From: Escherichia coli
GTDB taxonomy: Bacteria; Pseudomonadota; Gammaproteobacteria; Enterobacterales; Enterobacteriaceae
Length of the DNA stretch: 64,000 nucleotides
NCBI RefSeq assembly: GCF_024502345.1
Contig: NZ_JALDNN010000001.1
Strand: one strand, 5' to 3'
This document shows, piece by piece, positions 47,578 through 63,300 of this stretch (the first letter of the stretch is position 1; the number at the start of each line of letters is the position of its first letter). A program made the translations under genes and the position numbers. The notes beneath the pieces were generated by a model. The model was given only the letters and a program-made list of their open reading frames with translations. It did not search any database and was not told the origin of the DNA.

Positions 47578-49029
47578 TTATTTATCAGTAGTCAAAACGG
47601 TAGCTTGCGGGACGGATGTACCGAAACGGTTTCCGACCAGGAAAGCCAGCAAACTTAGTAGTAACGAGGGCACGATAGGGTGGAAGCCCAGGTACTGAAT
47701 ATTCAGCGTCGCGAGTACGGCATACAGCACGCCGCCAACGATCATCGCACTTAGCGCGCCTTTGGCGTTGGCGCGTTCCCAGTAAAGACCCAGCACCAGC
47801 GGCCACAGGAAAACGGCTTCCAGCCCACCGAAGGCCAGCAAATTCAGCCAGATGATCATTTCTGGCGGCTTCCAGGCGGCAAGCAGCAGCAACGCGCCGA
47901 GAACTAACGTAATTACCGCCGACATCCGCTTCAGACGCGTCTCGTTTTGCATTTGATCCGGACGGATATTCAGATAGAGATCTTTAATGATCGTAGCGGA
48001 ACTTTGTAGCAATTGGGCGTTAATTGTCGACATGATCGCAGCCATAGGTGCAGCCAGAAAGATCCCGGCAGCAAACGGTGGCAGCACTTTTACCATTAAC
48101 GTCGGGATCACCAGATCCGGTACGGTGAGATCGGGGATCACTGCACGACCTAAGGCTCCGGCCAGGTGCATACCGAACATCAGGATTGCGACTACAATCG
48201 TACCGATGATGATCCCCCGGTGTACTGCTTTGCTGTCTTTATAAGAGATACAGCGCACCGCAGTATGCGGCAGGCCTATAACGCCAAAGCACACCAGTAC
48301 CCAGAACGACGTCATAAAGGCAGGCGACAGAATATCGTCAGCGCCTTGTGGCGTAACCAGTTGCGGATCGATGGTTTGCAAGGTCTGTACTGCGTTGCTT
48401 AAGCCGCCAGCGGCATGTACCACGCCAATAAGCAGCACAACGGTGCCAATCAGCATCACAAGCCCTTGCATGGTGTCGTTCAGCACGCTGGCGCGAAAGC
48501 CACCAAAGGCGGTATACAACGCAATGCTGATACCGAAAATCAGCAGCCCGGTTTCATAAGGAATACCCGCCGCGGTTTCCAGCAGGCGCGCGCCGCCGAT
48601 AAACTGCACGGTCATCGCGCCAATAAACGCGACCAGCAAACTCAAACTCGCCAGCCACACCAAAAGACGACTCTGATAGCGGGCAAACAGCATATCGTTC
48701 AGCGTCACTGCATTGTAGCGGCGCGCAAGAATCGCAAACTTCTTGCCGAGAATACCGAGTGAAAGCCAGACTGCAGGAAGCTGAATCATCGCCAGCAATA
48801 CCCAGCCAAGGCCGTATTTGTAAGCAGCTCCAGGCCCGCCGATAAACGAACTGGCACTGATATAAGTCGCGGTGAGCGTCATCGCCAGCACAATACCGCC
48901 CATAGAGCGGCTGCCGAGGAAATACTCATTAAGGAAGGTGCCGGTGCTCCGTTTACGCATCGCATAAACAGAGATACCGAACACCACCACCAGATAGGCG
49001 ACCAGCGGTAGAATTACTTCAAGCTGCAT
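47578..49029 (-). CDS. panF: Sodium/pantothenate symporter
   Basis: Start at internal ATG ([15 protein letters not shown]...) giving 483 aa. Confidence 0.93.
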   Translation of the reverse strand: MQLEVILPLVAYLVVVFGISVYAMRKRSTGTFLNEYFLGSRSMGGIVLAMTLTATYISASSFIGGPGAAYKYGLGWVLLAMIQLPAVWLSLGILGKKFAILARRYNAVTLNDMLFARYQSRLLVWLASLSLLVAFIGAMTVQFIGGARLLETAAGIPYETGLLIFGISIALYTAFGGFRASVLNDTMQGLVMLIGTVVLLIGVVHAAGGLSNAVQTLQTIDPQLVTPQGADDILSPAFMTSFWVLVCFGVIGLPHTAVRCISYKDSKAVHRGIIIGTIVVAILMFGMHLAGALGRAVIPDLTVPDLVIPTLMVKVLPPFAAGIFLAAPMAAIMSTINAQLLQSSATIIKDLYLNIRPDQMQNETRLKRMSAVITLVLGALLLLAAWKPPEMIIWLNLLAFGGLEAVFLWPLVLGLYWERANAKGALSAMIVGGVLYAVLATLNIQYLGFHPIVPSLLLSLLAFLVGNRFGTSVPQATVLTTDK

Positions 49030-49261
49030 CGTCATCCTCCAGTGGGATATCGCGATAGATAAATTTCACCATCGCCCAGCACAGTCCAATAAACAGCAGC
49101 GGCGTCAGGATGCAGGCCATCTCAAACCAGCGCGGAAAGCCGGTAAAACCGGGGGCAACGCCAGGTAAGTAAGCGGCTACTAACCATACCGCCAGATACA
49201 AAAGGGTCAGCCCCAGCGCCCAGCGCGCCTCTTTATGGGCCTGAACAAAACGAGTGTCCAT
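49019..49261 (-). CDS. yhdT: Small membrane protein YhdT (DUF997)
   Basis: ORF track 80 aa; overlaps the panF start. Confidence 0.85.
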   Translation of the reverse strand: MDTRFVQAHKEARWALGLTLLYLAVWLVAAYLPGVAPGFTGFPRWFEMACILTPLLFIGLCWAMVKFIYRDIPLEDDDAA

Positions 49262-49369
49262 TTTTTGTCCCTGATGGGTGAAGAAAGCGAGGATTGTACC
49301 TTATGGGGGTTGTCGATCCCCAGTAATAAAAAAGGCCGGAAAATCCGGCCTTTTGACGCTTTTGCAGTC

Positions 49370-50719
49370 TTATTTTTCCTGAAGACCGAGTTTTTTCTCC
49401 AGATAGTGGATGTTAGTGCCACCATGCTGGAAGTTCTCGTCATTCATGATGCGGATCTGCAGATCAACGTTGGTTTTGATACCGTCGATGATCAGCTCCT
49501 GCAGCGCATTCTTCATGCGGGCAATCGCCACGTCACGGTTTTCACCGTAGCAAATCAGCTTACCGATCATTGAGTCATAGTACGGCGGCACGGTGTAGCC
49601 CGCGTAGATATGAGACTCCCAACGCACGCCAAAACCGCCAGGTGCGTGGAAACGGGTGATTTTGCCCGGGCTTGGCAGGAAGGTGTTCGGATCTTCGGCG
49701 TTGATACGACATTCCACCGCATGGCCGCGAACGTGAACTTCTTCTTGCTTGATCGACAGCGGTTGACCGGCAGCGATACGCAGCTGTTCTTTGATCAGGT
49801 CAACGCCGGTGATCATTTCTGTAACCGGGTGTTCTACCTGAATACGGGTGTTCATTTCGATGAAATAGAACTCGCCGTTTTCGAACAGGAACTCGAAAGT
49901 ACCTGCACCGCGATAGCCGATATCAACACACGCTTTAGCGCAACGTTCGCCGATGTAGCGACGCAGTTCCGGGGTAATGCCCGGTGCTGGTGCTTCTTCG
50001 ACCACTTTCTGGTGGCGGCGCTGCATGGAGCAGTCACGTTCCGCCAGATAGATAGCGTTGCCCTGACCGTCAGCCAGTACCTGAATCTCGACGTGGCGAG
50101 GATTTTCCAGGTATTTCTCCATGTAAACCATATCGTTGCTGAAAGCAGCTTTCGCTTCCGCACGGGTCATGGAGATGGATTGTGCCAGTTCAGCGTCGCC
50201 GCGCACTACGCGCATACCGCGACCACCGCCGCCGCCGGAGGCTTTGATAATCACCGGATAACCAATGCGTTTAGCAATGGCACGGTTTTTATCCATATCG
50301 TCGCCCAGCGGGCCGTCAGAACCCGGTACGCAAGGGACGCCCGCTTTTTTCATCGCCGCGATTGCGGATACTTTGTCGCCCATCAGGCGAATGGTTTCTG
50401 CTTTCGGGCCAATGAAGATAAAGCCGGAGCGTTCAACCTGCTCGGCAAAGTTGGCGTTCTCGGAGAGGAAGCCGTAACCCGGATGGATTGCTACTGCGCC
50501 GGTGATTTCAGCGGCGCTGATGATTGCCGGGATGTTCAGATAACTTTTTACTGACGGAGCAGGGCCAATACAGACCGTTTCATCTGCCAGTAATACGTGT
50601 TTTAGATCGCGATCCGCGCTGGAGTGCACAGCGACAGTCTTGATGCCCAGTTCTTTACAGGCACGAAGAATACGCAATGCAATCTCGCCGCGGTTGGCAA
50701 TAACAATTTTATCCAGCAT
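49370..50719 (-). CDS. accC: Biotin carboxylase
   Basis: Start at internal ATG ([16 protein letters not shown]...) giving 449 aa. Confidence 0.96.
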
Positions 50720-50729
50720 GTTCGCCTCG

Positions 50730-51200
50730 TTACTCGATGACGACCAGCGGCTCGTCAAATTCTACCGGTTGTCCACTTTCGACCAGAATTGCTTTCACGG
50801 TACCGGATTTGTCCGCTTCGATCTGGTTCATCATTTTCATGGCTTCAACGATGCACAGGGTATCGCCCACGTTGACTTTCTGACCCACTTCGATGAACGC
50901 TTTTGCGTCCGGGCTTGGGGTGCGGTAGAAAGTACCAACCATCGGGGAACGTACGATGTGACCACTGATTTCCGCTGCTGCTGGCGCTTCCATGGAAGGA
51001 ACGGTCGCCGGAGCGGCTGCGTTAGATTGAGCTGGCTGCTGCATCATTGGTGCAGCGTAAGCTTGTTGCATCACAGGGAAACTTGCGGCAGGAGCTGCAC
51101 GGCTAATGCGTACTGACTCTTCGCCTTCGGAGATTTCCAGTTCGGAGATGCCTGATTCTTCAACCAGCTCGATCAGTTTTTTAATCTTACGAATATCCAT
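50730..51200 (-). CDS. accB: Biotin carboxyl carrier protein of acetyl-CoA carboxylase
   Basis: ORF track 156 aa with biotinylation motif [10 protein letters not shown]. Confidence 0.96.
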
Positions 51201-51439
51201 GAGTGGGTTCCGTACTCTTTGTTTAGTGTGATTGTGACAGGCGTTTCACCGCCGTCTGTAAAGCGTATGCCCCGACAGCTGTATGCATAGCGATAAATTC
51301 CAGCAGGCCGGGACGCCGGTCTATTTTGCCCCAGAGTGTCAATGTTAGACTTGACGGACATTGTGCAGCGATCTGCTGCTATCCTCCGGCAAAAAACAAA
51401 ATATACCTTCGTTGCGCCAATGTCACCTTTTCCGCAGCG

Positions 51440-51480
51440 CAAAAACTGCGTCAGGGAGGACGAGGTCGCACATTATAACG
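51440..51480 (-). promoter_or_regulatory. accBC promoter candidate (-10 TATAAT on minus strand at 51472-51477), giving a leader of roughly 275 nt
   Basis: Only the -10 hexamer is read directly; position fits the known long accB leader. Confidence 0.3.
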
Positions 51481-52177
51481 ATTTCGTAGCAATTGGCAGC
51501 TAAATACTGGTCTTATCAGGGAAGATAATCAACAGCTAACATGTAAATAACCTTCAACACCGTGTAATTTGCAACAAGCCGCACAATTCACGAAATTAGC
51601 GCCATCATCGACGGAACTTCTTATAACGTAAGGTGAAAAGCTGTAAAGCCAGCCCTGCGAAGATGAGGGGCTGCAATGAGATAATCTTCACAGACCACAA
51701 ATAATGTAGGGATGCCAGGATCGCGACAAGATAGACGACATTACGCAGCGGTTGCTGGGGATTACCCAATTTTCACTGCATCGTCTGGATAGATGTGAAT
51801 GCTAAAGCACGCAAAATTAACCGACTGACAATGCACAGCATTAAATACGTCCGAGTGATTAATTTGTAGTCAAATAAAATCAGATTATTCACCTCATGGT
51901 ACCAGAAATAAGTAAGGGGTTAAGCGTAGCGTCGCCCAGGCAAAGCACCATAAACCTAACAGGCGACGGAGGCGTATCAATAATAGCTGTTTAGTGGAGT
52001 ATCAATGCGCATCAATTTATGGTCAGTCGAAATCATGACTTTCCAGTTTGGATTATGTTGTACAACTTCCTGACCAAGGTGTTCGACGAAAGCTGTCCGG
52101 CTAACCGCTTTTCCCGTTAACCGATTGAATAATGATTTCAAAATGAGTTCCCTCTCTTATTATTCCTTGCTAAATGG

Positions 52178-53152
52178 TTAGTTAACCTTCACCAGCGTGC
52201 GACCCTGGGTCTGGTTATTAATGATGGCCTCGGCAAAGTTCGGTGCCTCTGACAGAGATATCTCTTTTGCCGCCTGGGTATAGAATGATTCCGGTAAATC
52301 GGCGACCAGTCGCTGCCAGGCTTGTGCGCGGCGTTCTGGTGGCGTCATTACTGAATCCACCCCTTGCAAACGGACATTACGCAGAATAAATGGCATGACC
52401 GTGGTTGGCAGAGTAAAACCACCCGCCAGACCACAGGCCGCCACGCAGCCGCCGTAATTCATTTGCGCCAGCACTTTTGCCAGCACTTTGTCGCCAACAG
52501 TGTCAATTGCCCCAGCCCAGACTTGTTTTTCCAGAGGACGGGATTCGGCAAACTCATCACGAGGGAGAATACGGCTGGCACCTAAACTTTTCAGATATTC
52601 ATGGGTACTTTCGCGACCGGAAACGGCAACGACCTGATAACCCAACTTATGCAGCAGCGCCACGGCGGTACTGCCGACGCCACCACTGGCACCCGTCACG
52701 ACAATCTCCCCGTCCTGCGGGCGAACACCGGCATCTTCCAGCGCCATTACACACAGCATGGCGGTAAAACCGGCAGTACCGATAATCATTGCTTTACGCG
52801 CGTCCAGCCCTTGCGGCATGGCAACCAGCCAGTCACCTTTCACTCGCGCCTGCTCCGCCAGCCCACCCCAGTGGTTTTCACCAACGCCCCAGCCAGTGAG
52901 TAACACCTCCTGACCGGCATGAAAACGCGGATCTTCGCTGGTGCGTACAGTTCCGGCAAAATCGATCCCAGGAATCATCGGAAAATTACGGATGATTTTT
53001 CCCTTACCGGTAATCGCCAGCGCATCTTTATAGTTCAGGCTCGACCAGTGAACATCGACCGTGACATCGCCCTCCGGCAGGCGACTTTCGTCCAGAGTCT
53101 GTACTGATGCGAGAGTTTTGCCGTCCTGCTGTTCTAAAAGTAACGCCTGCAT
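52178..53152 (-). CDS. acuI: Acrylyl-CoA reductase AcuI (YhdH), NADPH-dependent
   Basis: ORF track 324 aa, MDR-family. Confidence 0.92.
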   Translation of the reverse strand: MQALLLEQQDGKTLASVQTLDESRLPEGDVTVDVHWSSLNYKDALAITGKGKIIRNFPMIPGIDFAGTVRTSEDPRFHAGQEVLLTGWGVGENHWGGLAEQARVKGDWLVAMPQGLDARKAMIIGTAGFTAMLCVMALEDAGVRPQDGEIVVTGASGGVGSTAVALLHKLGYQVVAVSGRESTHEYLKSLGASRILPRDEFAESRPLEKQVWAGAIDTVGDKVLAKVLAQMNYGGCVAACGLAGGFTLPTTVMPFILRNVRLQGVDSVMTPPERRAQAWQRLVADLPESFYTQAAKEISLSEAPNFAEAIINNQTQGRTLVKVN

Positions 53153-53303
53153 AAGTGGTCCTCATGTGCATGATGGATTGGAAAATAATTTCTGAAGACT
53201 ATACTCGCTAATGGAAAAGCAAAGCCGATGAAGCGCAATAAATTGCGAGATAAATCTGATTTGCTAGTATGCCCGCTTCCTCACTATCGGAGTTAACACA
53301 AGG

Positions 53304-55244
53304 ATGAGATTAACGACGAAATTTTCGGCCTTTGTTACGCTGCTCACCGGGTTAACAATTTTTGTGACTTTGCTGGGCTGTTCGCTAAGTTTCTACAACG
53401 CCATTCAGTATAAGTTTAGTCATCGCGTTCAGGCGGTGGCGACGGCGATTGATACCCACCTTGTGTCGAATGACTTCAGCGCATTAAGGCCACAAATTAC
53501 CGAATTAATGATGTCGGCAGATATCGTTCGTGTAGACCTGCTCCATGGTGATAAGCAGGTTTATACCCTGGCCAGAAATGGTAGTTATCGTCCGGTTGGC
53601 ACCAGCGATCTGTTTCGTGAACTGAGCGTTCCGTTGATAAAGCATCCGGGGATGTCGTTGCGTCTGGTTTATCAGGATCCGATGGGCAACTATTTCCATT
53701 CGTTGATGACCACCGCGCCGCTCACAGGGGCGATTGGCTTTATCATTCTTATGCTCTTTCTGGCGGTACGCTGGTTACAACGGCAACTTGCCGGGCAAGA
53801 ATTGCTGGAAACCCGGGCTACTCGTATCTTAAACGGTGAGCGTGGCTCTAATGTGTTGGGAACCATCTATGAATGGCCGCCCAGAACCAGCAGTGCGCTG
53901 GATACGCTGCTTCGTGAAATTCAGAACGCACGCGAACAACACAGCCGTCTTGATACGCTGATCCGCTCTTATGCCGCACAGGACGTGAAAACCGGCCTCA
54001 ATAACCGACTCTTTTTCGATAATCAGTTAGCAACGTTACTGGAAGATCAGGAGAAAGTAGGTACCCACGGGATCGTGATGATGATTCGTCTGCCGGATTT
54101 CAATATGTTGAGCGATACCTGGGGGCACAGCCAGGTTGAAGAACAGTTCTTCACTCTGACGAACCTGCTGTCGACATTTATGATGCGCTACCCTGGCGCA
54201 CTGCTGGCGCGTTACCACCGCAGTGATTTTGCTGCGCTGTTACCGCACCGGACGTTAAAAGAGGCAGAGAGCATCGCCGATCAGTTAATCAAAGCCGTCG
54301 ATACCTTGCCGAACAATAAAATGCTCGATCGCGACGATATGATCCACATTGGTATCTGCGCCTGGCGTAGTGGTCAGGATACCGAGCAGGTAATGGAACA
54401 TGCAGAGTCTGCCACGCGTAATGCGGGATTGCAGGGCGGCAATAGCTGGGCTATTTACGATGACTCGTTGCCTGAAAAAGGACGCGGTAATGTTCGCTGG
54501 CGTACGCTTATCGAGCAAATGCTCAGTCGCGGCGGCCCGCGCCTTTATCAAAAACCGGCGGTTACTCGCGAAGGTCAGGTTCATCATCGCGAACTCATGT
54601 GCCGCATCTTCGATGGTAATGAAGAGGTTAGCTCGGCGGAGTATATGCCGATGGTCTTGCAGTTTGGCTTATCGGAAGAGTATGACCGTCTGCAAATCAG
54701 CCGTCTTATTCCACTATTGCGTTACTGGCCAGAGGAAAATCTGGCGATTCAGGTTACCGTTGAGTCGCTGATTCGCCCGCGTTTTCAGCGTTGGCTGCGC
54801 GATACGTTAATGCAATGTGAAAAATCACAACGAAAACGCATAATTATTGAACTTGCAGAGGCCGATGTAGGTCAACATATCAGTCGTTTACAACCTGTTA
54901 TTCGTTTAGTGAATGCTTTAGGGGTACGGGTAGCCGTCAACCAGGCTGGTTTGACGCTGGTAAGCACCAGTTGGATCAAAGAACTTAATGTTGAGTTACT
55001 CAAGCTCCATCCGGGGCTGGTCAGAAACATTGAGAAGCGAACGGAGAACCAGCTGCTGGTTCAAAGCCTGGTGGAAGCCTGCTCCGGGACCAGCACCCAA
55101 GTTTACGCCACCGGTGTGCGTTCGCGAAGCGAGTGGCAGACCCTGATTCAGCGCGGTGTTACAGGCGGGCAAGGGGATTTTTTCGCGTCCTCACAGCCAC
55201 TTGATACTAACGTGAAAAAATATTCACAAAGATACTCGGTTTAA
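53304..55244 (+). CDS. csrD: GGDEF/EAL-domain RNase E specificity factor CsrD
   Basis: ORF track 646 aa with N-terminal transmembrane segments. Confidence 0.92.
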   Translation: MRLTTKFSAFVTLLTGLTIFVTLLGCSLSFYNAIQYKFSHRVQAVATAIDTHLVSNDFSALRPQITELMMSADIVRVDLLHGDKQVYTLARNGSYRPVGTSDLFRELSVPLIKHPGMSLRLVYQDPMGNYFHSLMTTAPLTGAIGFIILMLFLAVRWLQRQLAGQELLETRATRILNGERGSNVLGTIYEWPPRTSSALDTLLREIQNAREQHSRLDTLIRSYAAQDVKTGLNNRLFFDNQLATLLEDQEKVGTHGIVMMIRLPDFNMLSDTWGHSQVEEQFFTLTNLLSTFMMRYPGALLARYHRSDFAALLPHRTLKEAESIADQLIKAVDTLPNNKMLDRDDMIHIGICAWRSGQDTEQVMEHAESATRNAGLQGGNSWAIYDDSLPEKGRGNVRWRTLIEQMLSRGGPRLYQKPAVTREGQVHHRELMCRIFDGNEEVSSAEYMPMVLQFGLSEEYDRLQISRLIPLLRYWPEENLAIQVTVESLIRPRFQRWLRDTLMQCEKSQRKRIIIELAEADVGQHISRLQPVIRLVNALGVRVAVNQAGLTLVSTSWIKELNVELLKLHPGLVRNIEKRTENQLLVQSLVEACSGTSTQVYATGVRSRSEWQTLIQRGVTGGQGDFFASSQPLDTNVKKYSQRYSV

Positions 55245-55422
55245 CCTGCCGTTTAATCCGTTTTCACGTAGAATAACGCGCGCTGCGTCTCATGGGAGTG
55301 TGCTTGTCTGCTCGCCAGATTGTTGCAGCACATATGCAGATGAATGACCTTACGCGGTTGCAAACAGGCGAGGAATGCTGCTGATGCATTAAGCCTTTCT
55401 GGACTCAGGCAGAGATTTGTAA

Positions 55423-56592
<1,170 letters not shown>

Positions 56593-56657
56593 TCGGATGC
56601 AGGCAGGGGAAGCGTCTGTTTACCCTGCCTGGTCTGATACGAGAATACGCATAACTT

Positions 56658-58249
<1,592 letters not shown>

Positions 58250-58257
58250 AGGTTTCT

Positions 58258-58851
58258 ATGACTTCTCTGTATTTAGCTTCCGGTTCTCCGCGTCGTCAGG
58301 AGTTACTTGCGCAACTTGGCGTGACCTTTGAACGTATTGTTACGGGCATTGAGGAGCAGCGTCAGCCGCAGGAGAGCGCGCAGCAGTATGTTGTGCGTCT
58401 GGCGCGCGAGAAAGCACGGGCAGGTGTCGCGCAAACGGCGAAGGATCTCCCGGTGCTGGGTGCGGATACTATCGTTATCCTGAATGGAGAAGTGCTGGAG
58501 AAACCGCGCGACGCAGAGCATGCGGCGCAGATGTTGCGCAAATTATCGGGTCAGACCCATCAGGTGATGACGGCAGTGGCGTTGGCCGACAGCCAGCACA
58601 TTCTCGATTGCCTGGTGGTCACCGATGTGACTTTCAGAACGTTAACAGACGAAGACATCGCGGGCTATGTCGCCAGCGGTGAACCGTTAGATAAAGCAGG
58701 TGCATACGGTATTCAGGGGCTGGGTGGCTGTTTTGTCAGGAAGATAAATGGCAGCTATCACGCCGTAGTCGGCTTACCGCTGGTTGAAACGTATGAATTA
58801 TTAAGTAATTTTAACGCACTGCGTGAGAAAAGGGATAAACATGACGGCTGA
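58258..58851 (+). CDS. yhdE: Maf-family nucleoside triphosphate pyrophosphatase YhdE
   Basis: ORF track 197 aa. Confidence 0.92.
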   Translation: MTSLYLASGSPRRQELLAQLGVTFERIVTGIEEQRQPQESAQQYVVRLAREKARAGVAQTAKDLPVLGADTIVILNGEVLEKPRDAEHAAQMLRKLSGQTHQVMTAVALADSQHILDCLVVTDVTFRTLTDEDIAGYVASGEPLDKAGAYGIQGLGGCFVRKINGSYHAVVGLPLVETYELLSNFNALREKRDKHDG

Positions 58852-60310
58852 ATTGTTAGTAAACGTAACGCCTTCGGAAACGCGAGTGGCGTATATTGAT
58901 GGCGGTATTCTGCAGGAAATTCATATTGAACGTGAGGCGCGACGCGGAATAGTAGGCAATATCTACAAGGGTCGTGTAAGTCGTGTACTTCCGGGTATGC
59001 AGGCGGCTTTTGTAGATATTGGGCTGGATAAAGCCGCGTTTCTTCATGCATCTGACATCATGCCGCACACCGAATGTGTGGCGGGTGAAGAACAAAAGCA
59101 ATTCACGGTGCGCGACATCTCGGAACTGGTTCGTCAGGGGCAAGATCTGATGGTGCAGGTGGTGAAAGATCCGCTTGGCACTAAGGGGGCGCGCCTGACC
59201 ACCGATATCACGCTGCCTTCTCGCTATCTGGTCTTTATGCCAGGGGCTTCTCACGTTGGTGTTTCCCAACGTATTGAAAGCGAATCAGAACGTGAACGCC
59301 TGAAAAAAGTGGTCGCAGAGTATTGCGACGAGCAGGGCGGGTTTATCATCCGTACCGCAGCGGAAGGGGTTGGCGAGGCTGAACTGGCCTCCGATGCCGC
59401 TTATCTGAAACGCGTCTGGACCAAAGTTATGGAGCGTAAAAAACGCCCGCAGACCCGTTATCAGCTGTACGGCGAACTGGCGCTGGCGCAGCGTGTTCTG
59501 CGTGATTTCGCCGACGCCGAACTGGACCGCATTCGCGTTGACTCACGCCTGACTTACGAAGCATTGCTGGAGTTTACCTCGGAGTACATTCCCGAGATGA
59601 CCAGCAAGCTGGAGCATTACACCGGACGCCAGCCGATTTTCGATCTCTTTGATGTCGAAAACGAAATCCAGCGAGCGCTGGAACGCAAAGTAGAACTGAA
59701 ATCCGGTGGTTATCTGATTATCGACCAGACCGAAGCGATGACCACCGTGGACATCAATACCGGAGCGTTTGTCGGTCATCGCAATCTGGACGACACCATT
59801 TTCAATACCAATATTGAAGCGACGCAGGCTATCGCTCGCCAGTTACGGTTGCGTAATCTGGGTGGGATTATCATTATTGATTTCATCGATATGAATAATG
59901 AAGATCACCGCCGCCGCGTGCTGCACTCGCTGGAGCAGGCGTTGAGCAAAGACCGGGTGAAAACCAGCGTTAATGGTTTTTCGGCGCTGGGGCTGGTGGA
60001 GATGACGCGTAAACGCACCCGCGAAAGCATTGAGCACGTACTGTGTAACGAATGCCCAACCTGCCACGGTCGCGGAACGGTGAAAACCGTGGAAACGGTA
60101 TGCTATGAAATCATGCGCGAGATTGTTCGTGTCCACCATGCTTACGACTCCGACCGTTTCCTGGTCTATGCTTCTCCGGCAGTAGCTGAAGCCTTGAAAG
60201 GCGAAGAGTCACACTCGCTGGCGGAAGTGGAAATTTTCGTTGGCAAACAGGTTAAAGTACAAATTGAACCGCTCTATAACCAGGAGCAGTTTGACGTCGT
60301 AATGATGTAA
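58841..60310 (+). CDS. rng: Ribonuclease G
   Basis: Start at ATG 58841 ([17 protein letters not shown]...) giving 489 aa. Confidence 0.94.
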
Positions 60311-60377
60311 ACAGATGCTGGGCCGCCATCCGGCAAAGGGTTTTTGAGTCACATTTTTAGCAGACAAGGAGTGACGG

Positions 60378-63300
60378 GTGAGGCGATTGCCGGGGATTTT
60401 ACTGCTTACTGGAGCCGCGCTCGTTGTGATCGCTGCCCTGCTGGTTAGCGGCCTGCGTATTGCTTTACCGCATCTTGACGCCTGGCGTCCGGAAATCCTC
60501 AACAAAATAGAATCCGCGACTGGCATGCCGGTAGAAGCCAGTCAGCTCTCAGCCAGCTGGCAGAATTTTGGCCCGACGCTTGAAGCACACGACATCCGTG
60601 CAGAACTAAAAGATGGCGGCGAATTTTCGGTTAAACGCGTTACTCTGGCGCTGGATGTCTGGCAGAGCCTGTTACATATGCGCTGGCAGTTTCGCGACCT
60701 CACTTTCTGGCAGCTGCGCTTTCGCACCAACACTCCTATCACCAGCGGTGGTGGTAATGACAGTCTGGAAGCCAGTCACATCAGCGATCTGTTTCTTCGT
60801 CAATTTGACCATTTCGATCTCCGCGACAGTGAAGTCAGTTTTCTGACGCCATCCGGTCAGCGCGCCGAGCTGGCGATCCCACAACTCACCTGGCTGAACG
60901 ATCCACGTCGACACCGTGCGGAAGGCCTGGTAAGCCTCTCCAGCCTTACCGGACAGCACGGCGTGATGCAGGTGCGCATGGATTTGCGCGATGATGAGGG
61001 GTTGTTAAGCAATGGTCGCGTCTGGCTACAGGCGGATGACATCGACCTGAAGCCGTGGCTCGGTAAATGGATGCAGGACAATATTGCTCTGGAAACGGCA
61101 CAGTTCTCCCTTGAAGGCTGGATGACGATCGACAAAGGCGATGTAACCGGCGGTGACGTCTGGCTGAAACAGGGCGGTGCCAGCTGGTTGGGCGAGAAGC
61201 AAACGCATACGCTGTCGGTGGATAATCTGACCGCGCATATTACGCGTGAAAATCCGGGCTGGCAGTTCTCTATTCCCGATACACGGATCACGATGGACGG
61301 CAAACCCTGGCCGAGCGGAGCATTGACGCTGGCCTGGATACCGGAACAGGACGTTGGCGGCAAAGACAATAAACGCAGTGACGAACTCCGGATTCGCGCC
61401 AGTAATCTGGAGCTGGCAGGCCTGGAGGGCATACGCCCGCTGGCCGCGAAACTTTCACCTGCACTGGGTGATGTTTGGCGCTCCACACAACCGAGCGGCA
61501 AGATTAACACTCTGGCGCTGGATATCCCGCTTCAGGCGGCAGACAAGACCCGTTTTCAGGCATCGTGGAGCGATCTGGCCTGGAAGCAATGGAAATTATT
61601 ACCGGGTGCGGAACACTTCTCCGGGACGCTTTCCGGCAGCGTTGAAAATGGTTTGCTTACCGCGTCGATGAAGCAGGCAAAGATGCCTTACGAAACGGTA
61701 TTCCGTGCGCCACTGGAAATCGCCGACGGCCAGGCAACTATAAGCTGGCTGAACAATGACAAAGGTTTCCAGCTGGATGGGCGTAATATTGACGTTAAAG
61801 CCAAAGCCGTCCATGCGCGCGGCGGTTTTCGTTACCTGCAACCTGCTAATGATGAACCCTGGCTGGGTATTCTGGCTGGCATCAGTACCGATGATGGTTC
61901 ACAAGCCTGGCGCTATTTCCCGGAAAACTTGATGGGTAAAGACCTGGTTGATTACTTAAGTGGCGCGATTCAGGGCGGTGAAGCGGATAACGCGACGCTG
62001 GTTTATGGTGGCAATCCGCAACTCTTCCCCTATAAACACAACGAAGGTCAGTTTGAAGTGCTGGTGCCGCTGCGCAACGCGAAGTTTGCCTTCCAGCCGG
62101 ACTGGCCTGCATTAACTAACCTTGATATTGAACTGGACTTTATTAACGACGGTTTATGGATGAAAACCGATGGCGTTAATCTGGGCGGCGTGCGCGCGAG
62201 TAATCTCACCGCAGTGATCCCTGACTACTCAAAAGAAAAACTGCTGATTGACGCTGACATTAAAGGTCCGGGTAAAGCCGTTGGCCCTTACTTTGATGAG
62301 ACACCGCTGAAAGATTCTCTGGGTGCGACCCTGCAAGAACTCCAGCTCGACGGCGATGTGAATGCTCGCTTACATCTTGATATCCCGCTGAACGGCGAAC
62401 TGGTAACCGCGAAAGGTGAAGTGACGCTGCGTAATAACAGTCTGTTTATCAAACCACTCGACAGCACCCTGAAAAATTTGAGCGGTAAATTCAGCTTTAT
62501 CAATGGCGATCTGCAAAGTGAACCACTGACAGCAAGCTGGTTTAATCAGCCGTTGAACGTGGATTTTTCCACCAAAGAAGGGGCAAAAGCCTACCAGGTT
62601 GCGGTGAATCTCAACGGTAACTGGCAACCGGCGAAAACCGGCGTTCTGCCTGAAGCGGTGAACGAAGCATTGAGTGGCAGCGTGGCGTGGGATGGTAAAG
62701 TGGGCATTGAGCTGCCTTATCATGCTGGCGCGACCTATAACGTAGAGCTGAACGGCGATCTGAAGAATGTGAGCAGTCACTTACCTTCACCGTTAGCCAA
62801 ACCTGCGGGTGAACCACTAGCGGTAAACGTTAAGGTTGATGGCAATCTCAACAGCTTTGAATTAACCGGACAGGCTGGTGCGGATAATCATTTCAATAGC
62901 CGATGGTTGCTCGGTCAAAAGCTGACGCTCGATCGTGCTATTTGGGCGGCAGACAGTAAAACGCTCCCGCCGTTGCCGGAACAAAGTGGCGTTGAACTCA
63001 ATATGCCGCCGATGAATGGTGCCGAGTGGCTGGCCCTGTTTCAGAAAGGTGCGGCGGAGAGTGTCGGTGGTGCAGCGAGTTTCCCACAACACATAACGTT
63101 ACGTACGCCTATGTTGTCGCTGGGAAATCAGCAATGGAATAACCTGAGTATTGTTTCGCAACCGACTGCAAATGGCACCCAGGTTGAGGCGCAAGGGCGT
63201 GAAATCAACGCCACGCTGGCGATGCGTAATAACGCGCCGTGGCTGGCGAATATCAAATATCTTTATTACAACCCGAGCGTGGCGAAAACTCGTGGTGATT

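Noticed and set aside
51173-51442. 89-aa minus-strand ORF overlapping the accB start and leader
   Set aside because: Overlaps the authentic accB start in another frame within the known long 5' leader.
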